Source: Epithemia pelagica
Lineage: Eukaryota > Protista > Bacillariophyta
Direction of reading: 5' to 3'
NCBI GenBank assembly: GCA_946965045.2
Contig: OX337235.1
Span: forward strand, 2,604,001 to 2,668,000
DNA length: 64,000 nt
Of the stretch, positions 1 to 10,344 are shown one piece after another. Below the pieces are notes generated by a model, which worked only from the letters and a program-made list of their open reading frames with translations, had not been told where the DNA came from and did not search any database. Positions within the stretch are counted from its first letter, which is position 1. Each line of letters opens with the position of its first letter. A program made the position numbers and the translations under genes.

Positions 1-902
1 GCTTCCGACGTGCTGGTCGTGGTCCAACTGGGCATGGACTCGGCGGTACCATTTTTGGGAGAGGCCACAGCGGCGGCCGAAGCCGATGGTGTTCCGGAAG
101 ATTCGGCCGTTGAGGCAGTGGCTGCGGCCGACGTGTCGGTGCCGTTGGCCACCATCAATCCACCCATCGAGGAGGCTTTGACTTGGCGCGTGGCTGGATC
201 GACGTGGTCGTTGACGAGTTGGACCAATTTTCGTTTGAGAATGGGAACTTTGGAAGGACCACAAGGAAAGGTATCCGAGAGGCTTCCTCCGACATAGAAT
301 TGGACAGTAGGCAAGGCCAGGACGCCAATGGTTTGGACAAATTCCTTATTGTGTTGGACCGAGAGTTGGGCCCACACGATGGGCAAGTCCTTGTACTTTT
401 TGTCTTGAACCACCGACAAGAATTTGGGTTGCAACCCTTTGCAAGCACGACACCAAGGAGCAAAGACCTTGAGTACAATCAGTTTGTCACGGTTGGCTTC
501 GACAAAGGCTTCGTGTTGTTCCTTGTTCAAAATGGTGTACACACCATCGTCGCCCAACGTCGGAAAGGCGGGTGGTGGTGAAGGGGGAGGAACCATTTGT
601 GGAGGAGGAGGAGGAACCGGAGAGGCGGCTTGCGCTTCGGCAATGTCATCGGTCGCAGTTGATGTCAATGCAACCACAGGAAATGACCGTGCCGACAAGG
701 ATGAAGATGATGACGACAGTGACAGACCAAATGACTGGGCGCTTTGCCTGGTCGAACGTGGTGCGCTGCTCAGCCATGCCATGGAAGGAGTGGCAAGCAA
801 CAGCGCCGTTAGAACCATAGAGGCAACGGTCATGAGCATGGGAGAGGGTCTTGAAGAAGAAGAACTCCAGCAGGAGTTGGAGGGCGCGTTGGAAGGAGGC
901 AT
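1..902 (-). CDS. Plastid-targeted atypical thioredoxin (WCRAC active site); 3' end runs off the left edge of the window
   Basis: Manual minus-strand translation from ATG 902 (alternative ATG 839) has no stop before position 1, so it is absent from the ORF track. It shows a hydrophobic signal peptide (VLTALLLATPSMA|WL), a Ser-rich transit peptide, then LIVLKVFAPWCRACKGLQPKF (WCRAC at 441-455) and GVLALPTVQFY...FPCGP of a thioredoxin fold. Confidence 0.85.
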   Translation of the reverse strand, partial: MPPSNAPSNSCWSSSSSRPSPMLMTVASMVLTALLLATPSMAWLSSAPRSTRQSAQSFGLSLSSSSSSLSARSFPVVALTSTATDDIAEAQAASPVPPPPPQMVPPPSPPPAFPTLGDDGVYTILNKEQHEAFVEANRDKLIVLKVFAPWCRACKGLQPKFLSVVQDKKYKDLPIVWAQLSVQHNKEFVQTIGVLALPTVQFYVGGSLSDTFPCGPSKVPILKRKLVQLVNDHVDPATRQVKASSMGGLMVANGTDTSAAATASTAESSGTPSASAAAVASPKNGTAESMPSWTTTSTSE

Positions 903-2534
903 GATTTTTTTATGTTTCGGCTCCAGTATCTTCACGATTGATTTGTTCGGTTTCAATGGCGGATTTTTCAATGAGAACTCCAAGGCACTGGAAGAAGGTG
1001 ACACTGTCTGCAATCAGAATGGCGATTCCGAAGAGAGACGGAACAATACAGCTCGAAAAGAAGAAGAGAAGAGAAAGTGAACCAACAATTGACAAACAGA
1101 ATCGAGAGAAACGAGCAGCTTGAGCTTGCGCCGTGTGTTGTCGCTGCTTGGGGTGCGGTGGTGTTTGGGTGTGTGGCCTGGAGGCGTCGATGCGGTGTCT
1201 TTGTCGACTGCCGACCAGATGGCGCATCCCGACCAGTACTCCTCTTTAAAGCGTCCTTAAGGATTCGAAACTTCAGTCCCACGAAAGAATAAACTAACTA
1301 TTGTATATAAAATGATCTCTTTCTTCGTGACTTAATATTGTTCGAACGCTCAGAATTTACCACGACCGGTTCCACTGGTCCGACAGTGGCCCCTGTATGA
1401 CGTTGGAACGGTCGGCGACGGCAGACGCAAAGACGACACACGCACACCCGCCACCGCCACCGCCGCCGGGCCAGCGCACACAACTCCAAGCCGGCGGACC
1501 TCATGTAAGGTTACAAGTACCACCATCACCAAAGTATCCAATATCACCACCTCGCCACACAATACACAATGCCTCATCATTCATCATAGAAAAAATGAAT
1601 CACATGCACCATATGCTTCATCCCAGCCGTCAGCATGCTCGCTACCTCTACACTATGTCATTACCAGAATCATGGCGACGACCCAAACGACATGCAATGC
1701 GACAGTCTTTCATCGACACACACACAGACACACAAGAGGGAATGGGGACGATACTAGGTGTAGGAACCCACGAACTCGACAAATTCTGCGCCTCCATGGA
1801 CACAGTACCATTGTCGTGAAGGGGTTCCTTGTGTTATTTGTTCGTTCATTCGTTTGTTTCTTTATTGCTCGTAGGTGTAGTACGTTGCTCGCAAGTTGTT
1901 TTGGATAGCTGGGAGAACTGCCTTGCGTGGACGGTGGTGGCTCTGTTGTCTACTCCCCACAAGTATACATGCGCATGGTCCCCTTGCCGTGAGGCGTGGT
2001 CCATTTCGATGATGAGACTGATTTTGGCAGGTTGCTCCAAAACTGTCGTGTGAGAACGTTTGGGACGACAACACGTCCATCCACTTGGAGCCCGAGAGAT
2101 GTCAAAGACGAACCGAAAACGTCATGCACGATGCACGATGCACGATGGTATCTCCCATCGCCACACATGTTGTGTGGTCCAAGAAGTGTATCCACATATT
2201 TTAGAAATGGGTCGTCGTTTGGGAGACCATCGTCCCAATAGAATTTAGAACAAAAGATCGTGTGTTGGGGGACCGTCGAATTTTGGCAGGGCGAATCTTT
2301 TGAGTCGCGGTTCGAGCTGGGCACAGTCACAGGTCCCAAACCCGCACCTTCGCAATGACTGTTCGACAACAACGACAACGAAGACAAGGAGACGACCTTG
2401 TGGACGTCGAACCATAACAACGACAGAAAGAACCAAACGAAAATCACCACGCTCCTCCTTCCATTAGTGCTTCTGGATACTATCTATATTTATCTCTCTC
2501 GTGCTCTCTTTGCCATTCTCAAAAAGACGACAGT

Positions 2535-5500
2535 ATGCCATCGATTCAAGCCTTGGAAGCTCAAGCTCAAGAATGCAAAACGGCCGGCAATGCCGCCTTT
2601 GCCCAAGGCAATTTGGCCGAAGCCATTGCCTTGTACTCCAATGGATTGGTAGCCTGTGATCGAGCCACCACATCCGAGCTTGCCGCCAGTGGAAACGACA
2701 ATGACGATAACAAGGACAAGCTGCGGACGCTCAAAATGACCTTGTTGTCGAATCGGGCCATGTGTCACTTGAAGGATTTGACCACCTTGACGGCTTGCAT
2801 TGACGATTGTACGGCTGGATTGGCCTTGGATCCAACCGATGTGACCTTGCGCAACAAGTTGCTCTTTCGACGCGCCAAGGCACGCTTCTTGTATCACAAT
2901 CTTCCCACGTCGTCGTCGTCGTCTTCCCAACCAACGACAACGACAATGGACGATTCGATCTTGCACCATGCCGCCAAGGATTTGTTGCAAGTCTTGCAGA
3001 CGGATGCGACCAACAAGGAAGCGACACAGTTGCTCACCACGGTACGAGCGCAATACAAATCGCACCAAGCCACACAAGCGTCCACACCCGTCAGCAAGGC
3101 CGTTCAAGCCCTCCAAGAGTATTCCCAACAAAAGACACAGGCATCCGACAACGACGACACTGCAACGACTCAACAAATTCATCAAATCAAGTTGCTCTTG
3201 GGAATGTTGGACAATGATTTGAATCATACCGCCATGGAACTTGGACGGATTGGGGCCGTTCCTCTCTTGTTGTCCGAAGTGGTGGAGGCATCCTTGGAAT
3301 CATCGTCGTCCTCGTCGTCCTCGTCGTCCAACACGGAAAAATTAATTCACTTGGCCATTCAATGCGTATCGCAAGCGGCCAGTCATCCAGCCTTTTGTCG
3401 ATCCTACTTGATTGCTCAACAAACCAAGCTGTGTCGCTTGTTGCAACATGCCAACCTGTCGGCCGACTCCATGGTCTTGACCTTGGCCATTTCGGTTCGG
3501 ATTTTGTTGCATGCCGATCGAGACGATCCCACTCAAGACATTGCCGGTACGACACGGCTGGACTATCCAGCCATTGTCACCAGTGTGTGGGCCGCCCTCG
3601 AACGAACCACCTCGGACAACCCGCAACAGCAGCAGTCCACCAATACGGTCATTCGGGCCGTGTTGGATTTGATTGGAACCTGGACGGCCGGTATGGATCG
3701 CGATGCGACCATCCGTCATTCCTTGGGACAAGGGGTGACGGATCCGACCTTGGCCATTCCCAAAACACAAGCCGAAATTCGTGCCTTTACACCTCCCCAA
3801 TTGGCAGCCCATCGGAAACGACAAGCCGATCAACAAACACGGGATCAAGCCTGGGCCTTTGAACGATGTGCCATCTTGTTGTCCCATACCAGTTTGGCAT
3901 CCAGCAAGCAACTCTCGGGTGTGGGTGGAACGGGTGGCTTTCCCACGTTGTTGCGCGCGGCTTGTGGAGTCCACGACCATGTGATTCGTCGGGAAATGAT
4001 TGTCACGATTGGACGAATGTTGGCCGTCTTGGAAGATGAAGAACGAATTCAAAAGGTGGTCAAACCCTATTTGCAAATCAAGGATGACTATACGGGTGTG
4101 AAAATTGAAGAAGTCTTTGATGAAGATGAAAAGGAGGCGGCTGAAGAAGACGAACAACTTGTCATTACCTTGGAACAAATGATGGAACGAGCCATTATTA
4201 CCTGCGCCCTCTTACTTTCCAAAAAGGAAGTGGGTAGTTGGGCCTTGGGAACGGGATGGAAAACTTGTCGACATGAAATGGAGCTCATGGTCCAGTCCAA
4301 TGATAATCGGGCCATGTGTTTGGTCTCGGAAGTCGTCTCGGCCGCAGCGACGGTCGAAGCCAGTCGGGACATGGTCACATCCATGATGAGTTCGGGGGTC
4401 ATGGAAGCCTTGCTCAAAAGTAATGACCGCGACATTCGCTCGGGAGCCGCATCGGCCGTGGCGAAACTGGGATTGTCCAACAAGGAAGCTCAAAAGGATG
4501 AAGGAGAAGTCATGGGGATGCTTCAGGCAGCGTGTGACTTGTTGGAAGATGATGATGACGGCAACAATGACAATGGATCGCCTCGTCCTACCAAGGACGA
4601 AACGAAATTGCGACATTTCAGTTCCTTTACCACATCATCCGTGGAGCGAGCTGTAGAAATGATATCCTATCTCATTTACAGTACGGTTGTCAAGGAAGAA
4701 TTGGCGGCTGGATTTCAACCCCGATCCGAGTTGTCCTTCTCCGCCTTGCAGCGTCTCGTGAAAACGGCAGATTTACCCAATGCCGGTGAATCCTTGACGG
4801 GATTTGCCTTGGCCACCATTTTCCAAAACATGGCGGCCACCAACTTGCAGTTGCGAAAAGAGGGCTTTGAAGGACGAGAAGTGACCATGGAACAATACGA
4901 CGAAATGCAAAAACTTGGGAAAACAGCCGAAGAAAAGGAAGTTATGGAATCGCAAGAGGATCCCGACACGACTGCCTCGTGTCATGAGCGTATTCGAAAA
5001 ATGGCATCCGCCAATGTCCCTCGTGCCATGGTGACATTGACAGAAGGTGCCAGTGAACACACGCTGGAACAACTCATGACGGGTTTGAATCGTATGGCCA
5101 GCGAAGAATCGGTTCGTGGCATCATGATTCAACAGGGTGTCTTGTCAGCCTGTATCAAAATTGAAAAGAACGAAGGACCTACCGAAACAGACACTATGAA
5201 AAAAGTCATTCGATTGGCCCGACATTGCATTGCCAAAATGCTGGTGACAACCAACCCCAGTCTCCTCACATCCGCACAACGGCTCGGTGCGATTCGACCA
5301 CTCATTCAACTTGTACGGGACAACAAATCGAGCGACTTGCAAAAATTTGAAGCTCTCTTGTCCTTGACCAACATTGGAGGTTCCGGAGACGACGCCCAAA
5401 ATCGCATTGCCAGTGAGCGGGGGATCGCCTCTCTTCATTTTGCCATGTTTTCCGATCACGAAATGGTACGAAGAGCTGCCACGGAAGCCATGAGTAACAT

Positions 5501-5948
5501 GGTACCACATTCTTCCATGATGAAACATTTGAAGGAGGCGGACAGTGCACGACTTTGGATGGCCTTTGCGACCGACTATGAGGATAACTACGAATGTGCG
5601 AGGGCTGCAACGGGATGTCTGGCCATGGCCACGCAGGATTTGGAAGTGGCCGAGAAAGTGGCCGAACTCGAAAACTTTCAAAAATCGGTCGAAACCTTGT
5701 TGGAATGCGGACGCCTCGAAATTATGCATCGAGCCTTTGTCATTGTTCTCAACTTGGTCCAACAGGGAGAGACATGCAAGGAAAAGGTTGTATCATCGGG
5801 CCTGGTTGCCTTTTGCGAAGCTTATGTATCCAATTACCATAACAACGACGGGACGAAGCTGGACTTTCCGGCTCAAGAACGGGAATTGTTACCCGTGACG
5901 GTCAACCTTGCCAAAACGATTGTCCAAGTTGCCGAGCAAGAAGAGTAA
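2535..5948 (+). CDS. UNC45: UNC-45/She4-type myosin chaperone (N-terminal TPR + ARM/UCS domain)
   Basis: 1137-aa ORF. TPR helices (CKTAGNAAFAQGNLAEAIALYSNG; LLSNRAMCHLK; KLLFRRAKARF) are followed by ARM repeats with UCS-type motifs (GAIRPLIQLV...LQKFEALLSLTNIGG; FSDHEMVRRAATEAMSNMV). Confidence 0.85.
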   Translation: MPSIQALEAQAQECKTAGNAAFAQGNLAEAIALYSNGLVACDRATTSELAASGNDNDDNKDKLRTLKMTLLSNRAMCHLKDLTTLTACIDDCTAGLALDPTDVTLRNKLLFRRAKARFLYHNLPTSSSSSSQPTTTTMDDSILHHAAKDLLQVLQTDATNKEATQLLTTVRAQYKSHQATQASTPVSKAVQALQEYSQQKTQASDNDDTATTQQIHQIKLLLGMLDNDLNHTAMELGRIGAVPLLLSEVVEASLESSSSSSSSSSNTEKLIHLAIQCVSQAASHPAFCRSYLIAQQTKLCRLLQHANLSADSMVLTLAISVRILLHADRDDPTQDIAGTTRLDYPAIVTSVWAALERTTSDNPQQQQSTNTVIRAVLDLIGTWTAGMDRDATIRHSLGQGVTDPTLAIPKTQAEIRAFTPPQLAAHRKRQADQQTRDQAWAFERCAILLSHTSLASSKQLSGVGGTGGFPTLLRAACGVHDHVIRREMIVTIGRMLAVLEDEERIQKVVKPYLQIKDDYTGVKIEEVFDEDEKEAAEEDEQLVITLEQMMERAIITCALLLSKKEVGSWALGTGWKTCRHEMELMVQSNDNRAMCLVSEVVSAAATVEASRDMVTSMMSSGVMEALLKSNDRDIRSGAASAVAKLGLSNKEAQKDEGEVMGMLQAACDLLEDDDDGNNDNGSPRPTKDETKLRHFSSFTTSSVERAVEMISYLIYSTVVKEELAAGFQPRSELSFSALQRLVKTADLPNAGESLTGFALATIFQNMAATNLQLRKEGFEGREVTMEQYDEMQKLGKTAEEKEVMESQEDPDTTASCHERIRKMASANVPRAMVTLTEGASEHTLEQLMTGLNRMASEESVRGIMIQQGVLSACIKIEKNEGPTETDTMKKVIRLARHCIAKMLVTTNPSLLTSAQRLGAIRPLIQLVRDNKSSDLQKFEALLSLTNIGGSGDDAQNRIASERGIASLHFAMFSDHEMVRRAATEAMSNMVPHSSMMKHLKEADSARLWMAFATDYEDNYECARAATGCLAMATQDLEVAEKVAELENFQKSVETLLECGRLEIMHRAFVIVLNLVQQGETCKEKVVSSGLVAFCEAYVSNYHNNDGTKLDFPAQERELLPVTVNLAKTIVQVAEQEE

Positions 5949-6230
5949 TGACTGTGGCATGTTTGTATGTTATACAGCCAGTCGATGCTGTAATAGACTA
6001 GCTATCTGTGAACCCATTTACGAGTAGGAAGGTCTGTATGAGTAGCAGCGATAGGCCTTTTTGGAACCATGTCGCGTGGTGTCATTCTTATTTGTCATTT
6101 TGAAAGCTCTATGCGAACTCCTTGTCATCACCAAAGGAACCCGAACCTATAAGTGTTTGAGAGTTTACCTCAACAACCAAAAACAATCCGAAAGCAAAAA
6201 CAACAAAACTCGAAGCAGAAAAGACAAACA

Positions 6231-6836
6231 ATGCATTCGAACCATTTCATCAACAACATCAACAACCACAATAACCACAAGACGGAGGAGCAAGACGGTG
6301 GAGGCAAACAGCCGGAAGGAACCAAAATCTGGGGCAACCAGGAGGTAGCTAGTCGTCTCTCCGTGGCCAACAATACAGGCACCCGATTCGTCGAATCCAA
6401 TCCCATTACGATTGGTATTCGTTCCACTGCAATTGGGGAGGAGCGGATGGAGCACCACAAACTAGAACATTCCGTACGAACCAAACAACCTGTGGAGGAG
6501 AAGCCGTGGGGCCAACCTATGCTGCTACTCGACGCCAAACGTGCCTCGGTGGCTTCCACCCGAAGAACAGAGAAAGAAGCGTCCGACAAACGGTCCAAGG
6601 ATGCTAAACGGACCCCAGAAGAACCACTTGCGTCCCTCGAACCGGATCCTCCCCGATACCTGGACATGGCCATTGCTGCAGACGAAGATGAATTGGACGA
6701 AGATCTCCAAGTCCAAACCATTGAAGAAAAGAAAAAACGAACAACAACAATTTTCATAGTCTACACGAAGGATACATGCTACATTCCAAATAGTACACCC
6801 AAAAAGGCAAACAATCCCAATCGTCCACCCATTTGA
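6231..6836 (+). CDS. Hypothetical low-complexity protein
   Basis: Open frame 6153-6836, first ATG 6231. No recognisable domain. Its 3' end overlaps the convergent gene at 6779-6836. Confidence 0.35.
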   Translation: MHSNHFINNINNHNNHKTEEQDGGGKQPEGTKIWGNQEVASRLSVANNTGTRFVESNPITIGIRSTAIGEERMEHHKLEHSVRTKQPVEEKPWGQPMLLLDAKRASVASTRRTEKEASDKRSKDAKRTPEEPLASLEPDPPRYLDMAIAADEDELDEDLQVQTIEEKKKRTTTIFIVYTKDTCYIPNSTPKKANNPNRPPI

Positions 6837-8134
6837 GGCAAGAGACGAAACTGGCACAAGAGCAGGGTTGACAAGACAGAGGTTTGCAACAATTGAAAAT
6901 TGGTCGTATATCGATCATCCAATCGTGTCAATCCCGCAAAACTCCCCATGGCCATGGACAACATGAGTATGGATGCATTGGCATGACTGGCAAACAGACA
7001 CGAGGCTGCCCAACATGTGAAGCCTACCGCAAAGACGGGGGCATGTTGGGACCGCCCAACCATAAAGGCTCCCACAAAGGTGGACAAGAGACAGGGCACA
7101 AAATCATTGGCCCACTGTGCCATGGGCCAAGGAAGAAAGGAGAGAAGGAAGCAAAGGATAGCAGCCTTGGAGGCATAACTGGCGATAGTTCTCAAACCCA
7201 ATGTCTGTGATGACAGGTTCGTATCTTCGACCCTCCGACCATAGATTGTCGTTGTTTCTCCCGTTTCTTCCACGAAAACCTCGGTGCTGCGGATTGGTTC
7301 TTGCCGTGACCAATACAATACCAAACACGCCAAGATCATCGCTACTAGTGTCGGAGCCGCGTAGGGTCGTCCACGTAGGACGATGGACCCACCTCCAATT
7401 GTTCGTACCATGTGTCGTAACAAGGGTCGATTGTGCAGTGCCAGGTAGGCCACATGACCCAACACGGCCATGGTCCCAAGACGTCCACCCTTGCCGGCAT
7501 GAATTTTGGGTGTCCCACTGTCCCACCAATACAAGGCTAAACCGGTCCCCATGCCCAATTGTATCACAGGCCAGAGCGCTTCACGCCACAGTGCCATGGC
7601 GGACAGTGTACCAGTGGAAGAGGCAGCAACACCAAGGGGGAGACTCACAAGACCCGTCATACCGGCAAACGATCCAGCCAGGGACGCGGTGGCATATGCG
7701 GGTGACTGAAGCACTAAACTTGCCGCCATGGCATGGATTCCACATCCTCGTACAATGGACAAGCCACCAAACTGGATCAAGGCCCACGTACTGAGACAGG
7801 AAACGGTTGTTATACAGGCCCGTTGCAACAACAACAAACGAGGATGGTCCACAACCATGGGATTGTCTGGAATATCGTCGTTTGGATTGTTCTCGTTGAG
7901 TGGTGAGGACGACATGCAACGAGATGCACTGGCTGTCCGTTCCACCGGTGGTAAATTCCTTGAAATCAATGAAGATTTTTCATCGGAAGCCCGTGCAGAA
8001 AGTGATGTTTTTGGTGTGTGGAGTTGGACACAGATTCGTCCATGCCGAGACAGTCCTCCAAAGGCGTCGAGTCGGACGCACATCAATAGGAGAACAACGA
8101 AACTTGTCAGCTTGTCGGAAGCGAAAGGCGCCAT
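6779..8134 (-). CDS. Plastid-targeted polytopic membrane protein with internal two-fold duplication
   Basis: Signal peptide + RLDA|FG motif after ATG 8134 and multiple hydrophobic helices. The motif pair GSFAG[ML]T ... GGRLGxxAxLG occurs twice (LAGSFAGMTG...KGGRLGTMAVLG; AMGSFAGLTR...MGGRLGLFAFLG). Confidence 0.75.
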   Translation of the reverse strand: MAPFASDKLTSFVVLLLMCVRLDAFGGLSRHGRICVQLHTPKTSLSARASDEKSSLISRNLPPVERTASASRCMSSSPLNENNPNDDIPDNPMVVDHPRLLLLQRACITTVSCLSTWALIQFGGLSIVRGCGIHAMAASLVLQSPAYATASLAGSFAGMTGLVSLPLGVAASSTGTLSAMALWREALWPVIQLGMGTGLALYWWDSGTPKIHAGKGGRLGTMAVLGHVAYLALHNRPLLRHMVRTIGGGSIVLRGRPYAAPTLVAMILACLVLYWSRQEPIRSTEVFVEETGETTTIYGRRVEDTNLSSQTLGLRTIASYASKAAILCFLLSFLPWPMAQWANDFVPCLLSTFVGAFMVGRSQHAPVFAVGFTCWAASCLFASHANASILMLSMAMGSFAGLTRLDDRYTTNFQLLQTSVLSTLLLCQFRLLPQMGGRLGLFAFLGVLFGM

Positions 8135-8562
8135 GTTGCGTAATTTCAGTAAACTGGTCACTGGGTTCTTTTACAGTTCCCGGTAAGGAGATGAAACGAC
8201 TTGACACTGCTGCCGCTCAGAACAACCTTTGGCCATTGTGTGACGCAATCCGGAACGAGGAGAAGATCCATTTTGTCGATTTTCAAACATAAAATGAGCG
8301 ACCCATAGACGAGCGGTTACGCGATTATCGAGAACGCTAGCTCTGCTCCAATCAGATAGCCATAGAGGCCGCCAGACCATGATGGGGCACCGCAATCTAT
8401 GGGAGGAGGGATGTGAATGTGATGGTTCAACGGTTCACAAAGGAACGAGAATACTTGTACAACGATTTCCAGCTGTGAAGCGTTGCTTGTTGGAGTTGTA
8501 CCAAAGGATCATCTCTATATTATGGACTGAAAAGTTCTTTTGGTCGTTTCCGGACACTTTTC

Positions 8563-8567
8563 GGTTG
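8563..8567 (+). repeat. Left 5-bp target-site duplication (GGTTG) of the copia element
   Basis: GGTTG immediately precedes TGTGAG at 8568; the same GGTTG follows the 3' LTR at 14756-14760. Confidence 0.9.
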
Positions 8568-8784
8568 TGTGAGGTTATGCGCGATATCCCCGGGATCTCA
8601 CCCAGGACTTTATGCTGACGCAATCTACTCTTCATCAGAGACTCCTCTTTCATACGAATACACAAGACTCATTTAGGAACGACCCATCCATCGAAATTAT
8701 CCGCGAATATTATTTCATACGATCAAATTAGGAATAACTAAAGTCATTAGTAAAACTCACAATTTCGAAAACATACAGATCTCA
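8568..8784 (+). repeat. 5' LTR (217 bp)
   Basis: TGTGAGGTTATGCGCGATATCC...ACATACAGATCTCA; matches 14539-14755 base for base on manual comparison. Confidence 0.95.
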
Positions 8785-8797
8785 GGTTATGAGCCCA
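8785..8797 (+). promoter_or_regulatory. Primer-binding site complementary to the anticodon stem-loop of initiator tRNA-Met (half-tRNA priming)
   Basis: GGTTATGAGCCCA abuts the LTR end. It is the reverse complement of TGGGCTCATAACC, the plant-type tRNAi-Met anticodon arm. Confidence 0.85.
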
Positions 8798-8918
8798 AGT
8801 GTATTGCTCTGTTTGAACGGCCGTTTGACTGAGTAACTACGCGTTAACCTCGTTCTTAAGTTGTCTTTGAAATTGCTAAGTTCTCACAATTGTTACCACT
8901 CGGTTTCAAGCTCAAGCA

Positions 8919-10256
8919 ATGGATGCTGAAGCTGCCAACGCTTTGGCTCAAGCCATTCAGGCTCTCGCGGCTGCGATTCCTGGTCCTCCTCCCGCAGCGG
9001 CCGCTGCTCCCGACATGGTTTCCCCGTACGAGGGAGGCACACTTGACCTCACGTCTCGCACAGGCACTGGCTTGTTCCGCGCTGGATGTGACCCGCTGGA
9101 CAGCAAGTTCACCGGGAAAGTTGAAGATCTACATCTATTCCTAGCCGACTTACGTACTCGCGTTGAAACCTGCCATTGGAATTCGGCGACTCACGGAATT
9201 TTGGATGTTGCAGTTGGTGGTACGACCTTCAAGTTACTCGACGATTACGGAAAAGTGACCGAAGCTCAAGTTGAAGCTGCTCGTATCACGCGTTCTACTG
9301 CGTCACAACGTACAAAGCAAAACGCTCAAATGATGTACGAATGCCTCATGGCATCCATCACCGACGAAGCCAAGTCCGCCCTTGCATCACGTGGTGACGT
9401 CGATTTCAATAATGATGGACCCAAGCTCTTCTACCACTTAGTGTCCGAGCTTTTCACTGCGACATTCTCCAACGCACAAGCTACGAGAGATAAATTGTCC
9501 GAGTTTCACCCACGACGCTTTAAGTACGACGTAACCCAAGTGAACAATTTCATCCGTTCAGCCATCAAGACCTTGAAGGCTGCTTCTGCGACTGGTGGAT
9601 CTATTACCGATCAAGAAATCTTGTATTTCCAGTTCAAGGCCTATAAGAAAATCAAGGCTCCTGCAGAATGGACGTCTCACATTTTGTTTTTGGAGGCCAA
9701 AGCGTCCAGCACTCCAACCTACGCTCCAGATACGCTCTACAACGAAGCGCAAGCCAAATACAACAACTTGGTGAATTCTGGACTCTGGAAACCGTCCGAT
9801 AAAACACCAGAGGAGCAAACCTTGGCAATGGTTGCTCAACAATCCAACAAGTCGTCTTCTGGTACCAAGTCAAACAAACGCAAAGCGGAATCCAAGACCT
9901 CAGACGGCGACAAAGATAAGAAACAGCCTCCTTTTGCTCATAAGGATGGCAAACTCGGTGATTCTAAAGAGTGGAATGGGAAAACCTACTACTGGTGCCC
10001 AGCGAACCACAAATACTCCCATTGGCACACGCACAAAGTAGAGGATTGCAACACCTACAAAAAGATGAAAGCTGGAGGCAGTGGCAAAAAGAAGGAAGCA
10101 CCTAAAAAGCAAATTGGTTCCGGTGTGGCTGCCGAAGTTGCTGTCGATGTGGACAAGCTCAAAAAGGGAATGGCCGCAATCCTTCCTGGTGGCGAGTTTG
10201 ATACAGATGATTTGGCCGATGCTCTTGCAGCCATCATCAAGAATGGCAGTGAATGA
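8919..10256 (+). CDS. gag: Copia Gag (capsid/nucleocapsid), 445 aa, ends in UGA
   Basis: The ORF starts 134 nt after the 5' LTR. It has a basic region and a Zn-knuckle variant YYWCPANHKYSHWHTHKVEDC near the C-terminus. Confidence 0.9.
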   Translation: MDAEAANALAQAIQALAAAIPGPPPAAAAAPDMVSPYEGGTLDLTSRTGTGLFRAGCDPLDSKFTGKVEDLHLFLADLRTRVETCHWNSATHGILDVAVGGTTFKLLDDYGKVTEAQVEAARITRSTASQRTKQNAQMMYECLMASITDEAKSALASRGDVDFNNDGPKLFYHLVSELFTATFSNAQATRDKLSEFHPRRFKYDVTQVNNFIRSAIKTLKAASATGGSITDQEILYFQFKAYKKIKAPAEWTSHILFLEAKASSTPTYAPDTLYNEAQAKYNNLVNSGLWKPSDKTPEEQTLAMVAQQSNKSSSGTKSNKRKAESKTSDGDKDKKQPPFAHKDGKLGDSKEWNGKTYYWCPANHKYSHWHTHKVEDCNTYKKMKAGGSGKKKEAPKKQIGSGVAAEVAVDVDKLKKGMAAILPGGEFDTDDLADALAAIIKNGSE

Positions 10257-10344
10257 CTGCTACCCTCATGGGATGCATTCATGGCATTTTGGCCGTTTGT
10301 TGTTTTTCTTACGATCAAAATGAGTATTGTCGCGTTCCATGAGG
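10254..10344 (+). promoter_or_regulatory. Candidate stop-codon readthrough cassette (UGA-C + 7-nt spacer + extended stem-loop)
   Basis: UGA at 10254-10256, then CUGCUAC. CCUCAUGGGAUGC (10264-10276) pairs over 13 contiguous bp (2 G-U) with GCGUUCCAUGAGG (10332-10344). An inner stem forms from CAUUUUGG (10285-10292) and UCAAAAUG (10315-10322). Confidence 0.7.

Noticed and set aside
424-1080. 218-aa plus-strand ORF (and 183-581)
   Set aside because: Antisense shadow of the minus-strand thioredoxin, which has a clear WCRAC motif and presequence.
1397-2450. ORFs 1397-1819 (+) and 1950-2450 (-)
   Set aside because: No recognisable domain or consistent coding signal. They lie in the intergenic region between divergent genes and cannot be supported from sequence alone.
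8785-8788. LTR similarity appears to extend 4 nt (GGTT) beyond the terminal CA
   Set aside because: Coincidence: the PBS (GGTTA...) and the TSD (GGTTG) share their first four bases. The TG...CA ends and matching TSD fix the boundaries.
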